Shown one piece after another: positions 1 through 8,633 of a stretch of 49,839 nucleotides of DNA. A program made the position numbers and the translations under genes. How positions within the stretch are numbered: position 1 is the stretch's first letter; each line of letters opens with the position of its first letter. The DNA comes from Thermococcus sp. (lineage in GTDB: Archaea; Methanobacteriota_B; Thermococci; Thermococcales; Thermococcaceae): contig NZ_JALTCZ010000202.1 of assembly GCF_027008145.1 (NCBI RefSeq), positions 1 to 49,839 of the forward strand, in the 5' to 3' direction. The notes beneath the pieces were generated by a model. It ran no database searches. It saw nothing but the letters and a program-made list of their open reading frames with translations, and was not told the DNA's origin.

Positions 1-3000
1 TGCCATCTCATAGAGCTTCTCAGCCTTCTGAAGAGTCTCATTACCGACTCCAGCTGAAAGAGCCTCCCGGTACAACCTACTGAAACTCTCGTTGAAGATA
101 ACAAAATTATGATAGTACATGTAGTTGAGCATCCTGAGCGTCAGCGTCATTGGACTAAGGACTGAGACCGGGTAGGTGTACTTAACCTCAATCGTGCCAA
201 CGCTGTGGAGCTGGACGGTTACCTCGATGACTTTGGTCGTTCCGTCATCCTCGACGACCTTGTAATTGAGGATGTCTGCACTGGTTGCCGTAACTGTGTA
301 GTTCTGTATCTTTGACGGTATCGAGACGTAGAGGGTAGCCACCGTTCCGTGGTCGCCCTCGAAGGCTATGTTGACGACGCCACCTTCCTTGCTCTCATTC
401 CTCGTAACGTTGAGGATCTTGATCTCACCGTTAAGGGCTTTAACTACCTCGGCACCGGTCTTCTTGGCCTCGTTGATGACCTGCTGCGTGACCGGCCTCA
501 CCTCAAAGACTCCAACGTTGTTCGAGTCATTGTAGTCGAGCGGGCTGGTAACTCTTATCATGTACTCGTGCAGTTTAGTATCGGTAACCGGCAGCAGGAT
601 GCTGTCCATGAGGGTTGCATTGGCGGGCAGTACGGTGCTGTAGGTAAGGAACGGTATCTCCGCCCCGTCCCTATAGAACTCGACGATTATCGGTGTATTG
701 ACCTCTCCGAGGTTCTTGATGGCGTAGGTTACGTTGATACTCCGTCCGAGCTCAACGTTGCCGGTGTAGGTGAAGGTCATGACCGCGACATCGGTCTTTG
801 CCTGGGCAGGGAGTATCGTCACCGGAACTGTTATCAGCGGCCATCTCTTGATTGTGCCGAGCACGAGGAAGCCCTTGAACGGGATTGTGGTGTTGGTGAC
901 GTTGTAGTATACCTTTATATCGTAGTTGCCGTCACCGGAGTAAGTGATGTTGTAGACGCCGATCCTGTCGGTTGGCACTACCTCCGTTATGTACATGCTG
1001 TAGGTCGCCTGTCCTGGGGCCTCGTTGTCGTAAGAGTAGGCCTCAAGGATGTACTGACCCGGCATCGGGTTGTCCACGTGGATGTGTTCGTTGGTTCCCC
1101 AGTTGGTTGAAGAGGCCACCAGCTCAAGGGTTCCGCTGTTGTTGTAGTATAGATAGAAGTCAACGTCCAGTATCGTGGGTGGGAACACTGACTCGGTTCT
1201 TATGTCTAGGCTCATCGTGTTGTTGGGCACCGTGATGTTGAAGTAGGTGCTGTTCCCGGTCGGCGGGGCAACGATGTTGAGGTAGGGTGTCGTCTTGGAG
1301 ACATAGCCGAAGGGCTTGTCCATTCTTAGTGGCCCAACGAACTCCGGAATGTGAGCGGTTATCTCACCCGTACCGGTGGAAGTGTTTGTGAAGACCTTCC
1401 ACTCCATCGGCTTCGTGTAAGCGACACCGACATGGCCGGCGAACTTCATTGGATAACCGAAGAGCGGGTACAGGAAGACGTTGTGGAGTACTATGGAGTG
1501 TAGACCTTTACTAGCCGGGGCCGTCACTATCTCCTCGAAGGGGCTTCCAGTCTCGGTGCATGGCCTGAAGAAGCCTCCTCCCACGTAGCCATCACATCCT
1601 CTGGCTATCTCCTCAAGGGTGTAAGGTCCAAAGACGCTCGCGTTGCTGAGGCTCCAGCTGTCAACAAATGGGCCGAGGATGTGGACGTTTATGTCTCCAA
1701 ACTCTGACCAAACGACGTCGCTAATAAGCACGCCGTTCTTGTGCTCGCTGTTGAAGTAGAAGAACCTCCAGTCACCGGTCTCGTATCTCCATCCCCAGTC
1801 GTAGACGCCGTAGACGTAGGAGTTGTCGTAGAGGCCGTTGCTTGTCCTGTTCTCTCCACCAAAGGCGAAGTCCGCAGTTGGAGAAGCTACCACGACGCTC
1901 ACAGGTATTGTCGACTCGTGGTTGCCGTACCTGACGTATATAGCTCCCTCGTAGATTCCGTAGGGTGTGTCTTTCGGAACGGTTATTGTGGCGGTGAATG
2001 TGAGCTTTCCGGTGAAGTTGGTCGTGAAGCTCTGCTTTCCGTTGACCGTGACCCACTTCCAGGGCTCGCGCTTGAAGAACTCAACCTTTATGGTCGCCGG
2101 GTAGTTCGCGTCCGGGTAGACCCTGAGGAGGACGAGCCTGCCATCGGCCCTCTTGAGCGGGTCGTGGACAGTGAACGAGACTATGTTGCCTTCCTTGCCG
2201 TCCTCGTTGACGCGGGTCATCTGCCCGGTGGTCGGGTCGTAGAAGTAAACCCTAACAAACGGGTTTCCGAAGTATGTTGAGTACATTGTGACCTTCATAA
2301 GTTCTGCATCGGTCGGTATATACGGGGTTAGGTTGATCCAGATGCTGCTCTCATTGCTGACGTTGACGCTGAAGTCCTGCTCACCTATCTTCTTAAAGAC
2401 CATCGGTTCGACGGTAACCTTCTTGATGAAGCCGTAGTTGGTCAGCATAAAGGTCTTGTTTGCGCTTTCTCCGGGATACATCACGTTCGGGAAGGCCGGA
2501 TAGTCGGTCTTGCCCGGCTGCCAGCTAGTGGGCTGTATGAGGATTCCGTTCTTGCCGAGTGCCAGCGCAACCGCCCTAGTTGCGTTGAGGTAGCCAGCAC
2601 CCTGTCTGAAGACATCGTTGTCAATGTTCTCGGCGGAGCTCTTCAGGATGTCCCTTACTAGGTCGCTGGTCGGCCAAGTGCCGTGGGCCTTGTAGTAGGC
2701 CTCGTAGACAAGGGCCGTTATTCCAGCGGCCACAGGAGTTGCCATCGAGGTTCCGCTGAAGAGCCATTCGGCGTACTTTCCGTTGAGGTGGTAGTTGACG
2801 TAGTCCGCCTCGGCGCCGTAGGCACCGGTTGCAAGGACGTCATCCTTGGCCTGACCTAGACCGTTCGGCCCGCCGTCGGACCAGCCGATGACGTCACCAA
2901 AGGCTATCTTACCACTGTCCCATCCGAGCGGGACGCGGTAGCCACTGTCGGTAGCTGCTCCAACGGTTATGACACCCGGGGATGCACCCTCGTCGGTTAC

Positions 3001-5631
3001 GGTTCCGTATCCGGGCCCACCGTTCCCAGCTGCATAGAGGATGGCCACATGCGGGGCGAAGTAGTGGGTCAGGTAGTAGAGGAACCTATCGTCATAGCTG
3101 AAGCCCTTCGTTATTGTGTAGGAGTTGCCGTAGCTGTTGCTGACAATCTGAGCCTCGTCCCCGGTGTCAGGGATGCCGTCGTAACCGGAGGTCGCGAAGA
3201 ACATCGCGCTCATCCAGTCAACGCTTGTAGTCCACGTCGTGAGCAGCGGGACTGCCATTATCTTCGCCCCGGGGGCAGTTCCGTAAATCGGATATTCTTT
3301 GCCAGGCTGCGCCGGGACAAGGGTCAGGCCGAAGAACTTGATTCCGTTGTAGTAGACCTTACCACCTCTGGCAGCTGCCGAGGATGCACATCCAGTACCA
3401 TGCGGTATTCCAAAGTAGTCGATTAGGAAGGCCACTAGGCTTCCCGCCTTGGGGACCTTGAAGGGTATGCCCATCTGGGCGAGATGCCACCTCTGGTAGT
3501 AGACGTTCGAATAGGGTATCGGCTTCTGACCGTCGGCTATGTAGTAGACGAGACCACCCGAGATGTCAGGCAGGCCATCACCGTTCAGATCCCAGGCAAC
3601 AACCGGGTTGTCCTTACCATGACCGACGTCGTCGTTGAAGTCAACGAACATTCCAAAGTCGGTCGTGAGTGAGACGTAAACCTCGTCGTACTTACCGGGC
3701 TCGTTTGGATCGGCCGTTAGAACGTTCGGGGCTAGATAGAACCCGTTCATGTAGGCAAGGAACAGGTCTGGATGGAACCCAAGGTGAACCTCACCGCTCT
3801 TGAGCGGGACTTTGAGGTTGTTGTTCATCGGGAGCCTGACGCCGAAGAGCGGGACGTAGCGTGTGGTGTTACCATAAGGTATTGCTATGATGGGTATTGC
3901 CATGTAGCCGTCTCCAATAATCTCCGTTCCGTTCATTGGTGATGGAACATCCGCAAGGTCTATAAGTGACGGGATCAGGAATGGAAGGTTGAATCCGTAG
4001 CCGGTGTAGTTGTACACCATCCCTATGCCCCTGTTGAACCTCCTGACCGAGACGTTGAAGGTTCCAAGGTCGAGAACTGTGGGTATGCCTATGTCTGGCA
4101 TTGAGGCAGTGGCGTTTATGTGGAAGTACCGAACCGTGAAGTTTGCAAGGGCAGTCTGGTTCTCCTCAAGCTCGCTCAGGGTCTGGTAGAGGTAGTCGGC
4201 ACTGAAGAGGATGAGGTTGCCACCTTTCTTGAGGTAGCTGGCTATAATCTGGGTGTCGTTTCCAACAAATGACTCGTTGTTCTCACCGGTGAACATTATC
4301 ACGAGGTTGTAATTGCTGAAGGTGTCGTTGGGCAGGGGCTTACCGAAGGGTATTGTTATCCTATCGTATGGAATGCCGAGGGCATTGAGGGCATCATAGT
4401 AGTACTTCTCGAAGTCGAGGTAGTAACCACCGTTGCCCTGGCCACCGTCGTCATCAACGACGAGAACCCTGCCTATGCCTCCCCTCTTTGAGGCAATCCA
4501 GTTGAGCATGTCAGCGAGAACCTTTACCCTGTCTGACTTGTTCGGTATGCTGGCCAGGCTCATCCCAGAGAAGACAACGCTGTAGTTGTAGGTTGAGTTG
4601 TAGTAGCCAACTATGTATGGGGCGCTAAGGATTCTATAGAACCCCGTGAGATAGGAGGTGTTGGAGTACTCGTTCATGAAGCCGTACTTGAAGAGTGCAT
4701 CCGGGAATGCCGTGCCAAAGGCCAGGTACTGGAAGAGGCTACCGGGGTCGTACATTATCGGCCAGCCGTAGTAGGGAGAGTTCTTGTTGGTGTCCACGGC
4801 ATAGGCGCCCATCAGGGCGGGGTTTCCGAAGTCAACGCCTGTATCGAGGATTGCAATCTTCACGCCACTGCCGTTGATGTCGTACTTCTTCCATGCGTTC
4901 ATGGCACCGTCGTGCTTGACGACGTACATATCATCCGGCTCAAGCCTCGGAGTTTTGGAGGCCTCGGACTTGAGGACTGGAACCTTGGCGTTGAGAATGC
5001 TCTTCCTGTTAATGATCCCCCACGGAAGCCTGTCCTTCTTTCCATAGAAGGAGCTTATGAACTTTCTGTGGGCGTTTATCTCCTTAAGCTTTGCCTGGAG
5101 CTCGGGATACTGCTTCGCAAGCTTGTCAAAACTCTGCATGAGCTCCATTGCGCTTATGGTCTCTATGGAGCCGGAACCCACCAGCTCTGGCTTAACGATG
5201 TCAACGGTCTTGACGTCAGGAATGCTGGCGAGCTTTATAAGAAGCGCATCGCTCCTCTGGCCAACCGGTATCATGATGTTGTAGACGTAAAAGCCATCGA
5301 TGTTTGCATATCCAAAGACCCTAACACCCCTAGGAACCTGGACTTTTCTGGTGGCAACGAAGTAGGCCGGAACGTACAGCCTGCCGTTGATTGTCTTGAC
5401 CAGGTCAGGTTGCTTACCCTTTACTGCCCTGAAGAGCACGGGGTTTATTTTCTCCTCGGGTGCCACCGCACTCTGGGAGCTTTCCCCTTTCACAATCTTT
5501 GGTGACGGGGCATAAGCGGCTGTCGCACTCTGAGGTACTGAACCGCTCGTAGCCAGCGCCGGCATCGTAAGTGGCACCAGCGAGGCCACCATCAACAGGG
5601 CTATTAACACGCCCAATACTTTCCTGTTCAT
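1..5631 (-). CDS. Secreted subtilisin-like (S8) serine protease, pyrolysin/stetterlysin-like, >1877 aa, 3' end outside window
   Basis: ATG at 5631 with GGTGG RBS. Signal peptide MNRKVLGVLIALLMVASLV. Catalytic motifs IAILDTGVD (Asp codon 4843-4845), PHGTGCAS (His 3400-3402) and FSGTSMATP (Ser 2746-2748). PPC-like domain ~1020-1250, CARDB-like region ~500-800, and a helical C-terminal tail typical of Thermococcales secreted proteins. Frame runs off position 1, which is why the ORF track lacks it. Confidence 0.93.
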   Translation of the reverse strand, partial: MNRKVLGVLIALLMVASLVPLTMPALATSGSVPQSATAAYAPSPKIVKGESSQSAVAPEEKINPVLFRAVKGKQPDLVKTINGRLYVPAYFVATRKVQVPRGVRVFGYANIDGFYVYNIMIPVGQRSDALLIKLASIPDVKTVDIVKPELVGSGSIETISAMELMQSFDKLAKQYPELQAKLKEINAHRKFISSFYGKKDRLPWGIINRKSILNAKVPVLKSEASKTPRLEPDDMYVVKHDGAMNAWKKYDINGSGVKIAILDTGVDFGNPALMGAYAVDTNKNSPYYGWPIMYDPGSLFQYLAFGTAFPDALFKYGFMNEYSNTSYLTGFYRILSAPYIVGYYNSTYNYSVVFSGMSLASIPNKSDRVKVLADMLNWIASKRGGIGRVLVVDDDGGQGNGGYYLDFEKYYYDALNALGIPYDRITIPFGKPLPNDTFSNYNLVIMFTGENNESFVGNDTQIIASYLKKGGNLILFSADYLYQTLSELEENQTALANFTVRYFHINATASMPDIGIPTVLDLGTFNVSVRRFNRGIGMVYNYTGYGFNLPFLIPSLIDLADVPSPMNGTEIIGDGYMAIPIIAIPYGNTTRYVPLFGVRLPMNNNLKVPLKSGEVHLGFHPDLFLAYMNGFYLAPNVLTADPNEPGKYDEVYVSLTTDFGMFVDFNDDVGHGKDNPVVAWDLNGDGLPDISGGLVYYIADGQKPIPYSNVYYQRWHLAQMGIPFKVPKAGSLVAFLIDYFGIPHGTGCASSAAARGGKVYYNGIKFFGLTLVPAQPGKEYPIYGTAPGAKIMAVPLLTTWTTSVDWMSAMFFATSGYDGIPDTGDEAQIVSNSYGNSYTITKGFSYDDRFLYYLTHYFAPHVAILYAAGNGGPGYGTVTDEGASPGVITVGAATDSGYRVPLGWDSGKIAFGDVIGWSDGGPNGLGQAKDDVLATGAYGAEADYVNYHLNGKYAEWLFSGTSMATPVAAGITALVYEAYYKAHGTWPTSDLVRDILKSSAENIDNDVFRQGAGYLNATRAVALALGKNGILIQPTSWQPGKTDYPAFPNVMYPGESANKTFMLTNYGFIKKVTVEPMVFKKIGEQDFSVNVSNESSIWINLTPYIPTDAELMKVTMYSTYFGNPFVRVYFYDPTTGQMTRVNEDGKEGNIVSFTVHDPLKRADGRLVLLRVYPDANYPATIKVEFFKREPWKWVTVNGKQSFTTNFTGKLTFTATITVPKDTPYGIYEGAIYVRYGNHESTIPVSVVVASPTADFAFGGENRTSNGLYDNSYVYGVYDWGWRYETGDWRFFYFNSEHKNGVLISDVVWSEFGDINVHILGPFVDSWSLSNASVFGPYTLEEIARGCDGYVGGGFFRPCTETGSPFEEIVTAPASKGLHSIVLHNVFLYPLFGYPMKFAGHVGVAYTKPMEWKVFTNTSTGTGEITAHIPEFVGPLRMDKPFGYVSKTTPYLNIVAPPTGNSTYFNITVPNNTMSLDIRTESVFPPTILDVDFYLYYNNSGTLELVASSTNWGTNEHIHVDNPMPGQYILEAYSYDNEAPGQATYSMYITEVVPTDRIGVYNITYSGDGNYDIKVYYNVTNTTIPFKGFLVLGTIKRWPLITVPVTILPAQAKTDVAVMTFTYTGNVELGRSINVTYAIKNLGEVNTPIIVEFYRDGAEIPFLTYSTVLPANATLMDSILLPVTDTKLHEYMIRVTSPLDYNDSNNVGVFEVRPVTQQVINEAKKTGAEVVKALNGEIKILNVTRNESKEGGVVNIAFEGDHGTVATLYVSIPSKIQNYTVTATSADILNYKVVEDDGTTKVIEVTVQLHSVGTIEVKYTYPVSVLSPMTLTLRMLNYMYYHNFVIFNESFSRLYREALSAGVGNETLQKAEKLYEMA

Positions 5632-5652
5632 TTTAAACCACCTTTGCCTGTA

Positions 5653-5720
5653 TAGAACCACTAGTGGTAGAACCACTAACCACTAGAAAGCTAGGTGGTC
5701 TTCGATATAAATATTTCGAC
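5653..5720 (-). promoter_or_regulatory. Protease promoter (TTTATA box ~5706-5712) with downstream ACCACTA repeats and palindrome
   Basis: Minus strand reads AAATATTTATATCG. ACCACTAGTGGT palindrome at 5657-5668; TAGAACCACTA direct repeats at 5653 and 5668. Confidence 0.5.
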
Positions 5721-5843
5721 TTGAATATACAACAAAATACCTCGTAAAACGTTTATGAACTCTAGAGAACTCCCTGTAATGGCAAGCTAAAGGCTTTTAA
5801 CCCATTGTGGAAATACGCCGTCGTGAAAACCCGGTGATGAACC

Positions 5844-6515
5844 ATGAAAACGGTCAAAGTTGTGGTTCTCATACTCATCATAGCCATCACAGGGCTTGGG
5901 GTTAACGAAGCCGTTCAGCACTACCAGGGTGGGGAGATATACGAGGCCGCTAACAAAGCTTATGGCCTTCTCGTTAAGGGCTTCAACGTTACCGTTCAAA
6001 TAGAGACAGTTGGTGGGAAAAACCTCACCGGAACGCTGCTAAGCGTGAGAGGCTCAACAATAACCGTTGTAATCAACGGAACCCCCATGACCGTTGGGGG
6101 ACCAGAGGCAACCAGGGAGGAGGTAAAGGCCCGTCTGATAAAGATTGAACACCACGGCAGGGTTTACCTCTACGAGGTTCCACCCATGGAGGGAAGTGGA
6201 GAAAAAGTGTTCTCCTCCCTAATCCCCAAGGGCAAAGCCTATTCGATCAGGTTTTCAGGGAAGATATACGTTGAGGGGAACGTTTCTCCAATAGCAATCG
6301 GGAGGCTGAAATACAGGGCCGACTACCTGACTTACGGCTCGCTCACAATAAACCAGTTCTCGTCTAGGGGGGCCATTCTAACCGCCAACATGGTGCCTGT
6401 CCAGTACCTGCTCAGCAACCTCAAGGGTTACCGCGTCTTTGTCTATGGCATCCTCTACGTCAACTCGGAGGAGAGGAACATGCCCCTCAGGGTTCTAGAG
6501 GTGAGGACTGGATGA
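5844..6515 (+). CDS. Membrane-anchored/secreted hypothetical protein, first gene of glycosylation operon
   Basis: GGTGA RBS; N-terminal hydrophobic helix; stop overlaps the next ATG (ATGA). Confidence 0.8.
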   Translation: MKTVKVVVLILIIAITGLGVNEAVQHYQGGEIYEAANKAYGLLVKGFNVTVQIETVGGKNLTGTLLSVRGSTITVVINGTPMTVGGPEATREEVKARLIKIEHHGRVYLYEVPPMEGSGEKVFSSLIPKGKAYSIRFSGKIYVEGNVSPIAIGRLKYRADYLTYGSLTINQFSSRGAILTANMVPVQYLLSNLKGYRVFVYGILYVNSEERNMPLRVLEVRTG

Positions 6516-7498
6516 GCGACCTGCCCCACCTGATACCCATTTTATTCATGGTCTACGTTGCCCTCGGACTCGCTGAGCCGAAGACGATAGCAGTAAGCGC
6601 CGCCTTCGCTATCTTCATGGCGTGGGGGATTGAAAGGGGCAAGCTAGTGGAGTGGAGAGACTACGGGCTTGAGATCGATGAGAAGTATATCGTCTGGGCC
6701 TTCTGGCTGTCCCTGGCAACAATTGCCCTCCAGATTGCCATGCTCCACAAGGTTCCCCTTCTCGACCCGGTTGTGAGGACGAACCTCAACCCAAGGCTCA
6801 CTGCCCTCACCTACTTTCTAGGCGTCCCCTCATCGGTCTACCTTTTCATGAAGGGCAGACGTTACTCCCTGCTCTACCCCGTTGCCGTGGCCCTCTACGC
6901 CTACAGGACGCCAGTGGTTGTCTCCATCCTTGCACTTGGAATAGCTTACTACCAGGGGGGGAACCTGTCCGGGAGGAAAGGCCTGCTCACCCTCTCCGGA
7001 ATAGCCGGGGGTGGCCTGCTCCTCTTCCTCCTCGTGACGTTCCTCCGGGGAAACGGGCTTTCCAGCCTCTGGGTTAGAATTCAGAGCACCGTATCGGTTC
7101 TCGACGTCATAGTGTGGCGGGGCGGGTGGAGCGGTTACTACAAGGGTGCCCTCCAGTGGGCCGGGGTGACGTCCTACTTCGGCCACGGCTACGCCCCGAG
7201 AGGGCTCGTTGCGAAGTTCCTCTACGTCCACACTGGGGCAACCATAACTCCCACCCTTCTGGGGGGAATGTACCTCGACTTTGGAGTATTTGCACTCATC
7301 GAGGCCTTTCTCCTGGGCCTTTACTACGGCATGCTGACCAAGGCGGAGCACCCGATCACAAAGGCCCTCTATTATTCCACCCTGGCCTACGGCATTGTGG
7401 GCATTGAGACGGGAATTCTTGACCTCCCTGTCTATGCGCTCTTCCTTCTGGCGGCTTACATACTCTACCGCGGATGGAGGGTCGCCCGTGAGGGCTGA
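6512..7498 (+). CDS. Oligosaccharide repeat-unit polymerase-like (Wzy / archaeal DUF70) membrane protein
   Basis: Polytopic; motifs 'PLLDPVVR', 'YRTP' and 'TPTLLGGMYLDFGVFA' typical of Wzy-like/DUF70 proteins. Confidence 0.72.
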   Translation: MSDLPHLIPILFMVYVALGLAEPKTIAVSAAFAIFMAWGIERGKLVEWRDYGLEIDEKYIVWAFWLSLATIALQIAMLHKVPLLDPVVRTNLNPRLTALTYFLGVPSSVYLFMKGRRYSLLYPVAVALYAYRTPVVVSILALGIAYYQGGNLSGRKGLLTLSGIAGGGLLLFLLVTFLRGNGLSSLWVRIQSTVSVLDVIVWRGGWSGYYKGALQWAGVTSYFGHGYAPRGLVAKFLYVHTGATITPTLLGGMYLDFGVFALIEAFLLGLYYGMLTKAEHPITKALYYSTLAYGIVGIETGILDLPVYALFLLAAYILYRGWRVAREG

Positions 7499-8633
7499 GG
7501 TCATCTTCTGGCCCCTGGCTCTCCTCTACATTCTCCTCGCGCTCCTCTCGAAGCTTACCTTCCCGGAACTTGGAAGGCCCGAGGTGCTGCCCCTAGCTTA
7601 TGCCCTCGCCTTTCTAGTCTTTATGGCCTTGGGGTTTGTTATAGTAAACAGGATTCCCGAGACGGTTAGGGGGATGACGTACCTTTCTCTCTTTTCGATC
7701 GTCCTGCTGGCGACTAACTTGACGGTCTTCCTGATATCTCTCCCCCTGTTTATTCTCCTGGCCCTCTTCATTATCTGCGGAACCGAGACCGGGCCTGAAA
7801 GGTCGCTTTTCCTCCTGCCCCTCCTCACTATCTACGGAAGCAGGACTAAGCTTGGAAGGTCATTTTACATCCTTGGCATCGCCCTTCTGGTTATACTCCC
7901 CACCCTAGCGATTCTCCTAGCGGGTGTTCCCCTCCTGAAGCCGGCAAGCAGGTTCTCAAGCTTCAGGTTCCTGTACTTAGCATCTGGCTACATCGCTGTC
8001 ATTCTGCTCTCGGTCAGGCCGGATTGGAAGGTTCTCCTCTGGGGGATTGCCATTGGTGTTGTCTCAACATTTAGGACGGTCGTTCTAGGGGTCGTGCTGG
8101 CCTACACCTTTGGCCTGCTCCTCGGAAGAAAGCGACCGAAAGTCGGTCCGCTCATCGCAATAGCCCTCGGACTTCTCCTTGCTTTCCTCGTCAGATATCA
8201 CACCACGCTCTCCAGCTACTCCACGTGGCACCTGGGCATCGCTGAAACCATCCTCTACAGGCCCGGTGTTACCTACACGGTATACGAGAGGCTCTTCAAC
8301 CTCGGCTTTCCCTGGGGGAAGGGATGGATACTCCTCTCGGACAGCCCAAAGCTCTACGTTGGCCGCCTCTTTGGAAGGGATGTTGGTTACACATACACGC
8401 TCTTTGGTCAGCCCGCCTACGACCTCGGTCTCATAGGACTCTTTGAAGGCTTACTTCTGGGGATGGCCTTCAGGGACTCTCTGCGACTGAAGGAGACCGG
8501 AGTAATAAGCCTCACTTTGCTCACCCTGGCAATCCCGATAGGTCTTGACGCGTTCTTTTTCTCTGCTTTGATGGTGCTCGGCTCAATCCCAACGGAGGTG
8601 GTATCTTGCTGGACAAAAAGGCTCTGTCACTAG
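7488..8633 (+). CDS. Second Wzy/DUF70-like polytopic membrane protein
   Basis: Probable GTG start at 7488 after GGAGG. Motifs 'GVPLLKPASR', 'FRT' and 'TYTLFGQPAYDLGLIG' parallel those of the upstream paralog. Confidence 0.68.
   Translation: MRAEVIFWPLALLYILLALLSKLTFPELGRPEVLPLAYALAFLVFMALGFVIVNRIPETVRGMTYLSLFSIVLLATNLTVFLISLPLFILLALFIICGTETGPERSLFLLPLLTIYGSRTKLGRSFYILGIALLVILPTLAILLAGVPLLKPASRFSSFRFLYLASGYIAVILLSVRPDWKVLLWGIAIGVVSTFRTVVLGVVLAYTFGLLLGRKRPKVGPLIAIALGLLLAFLVRYHTTLSSYSTWHLGIAETILYRPGVTYTVYERLFNLGFPWGKGWILLSDSPKLYVGRLFGRDVGYTYTLFGQPAYDLGLIGLFEGLLLGMAFRDSLRLKETGVISLTLLTLAIPIGLDAFFFSALMVLGSIPTEVVSCWTKRLCH

Noticed and set aside
3400-4845. Protease insertion as an intein
   Set aside because: No intein-like N-terminal block, HN/C-S-T splice junction or LAGLIDADG motif was visible.
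349-5505. Plus-strand ORFs 349..1110, 1741..2280, 3049..3426, 3484..3672 and 4912..5505
   Set aside because: All sit in the exact antisense register of the minus-strand protease; they are shadow ORFs caused by codon bias, with no motifs or RBS.
5653-5700. Possible CRISPR or mini-array from the ACCACTA repeats
   Set aside because: Repeats are only 8-11 bp with no spacers, and there are no cas genes in the window.
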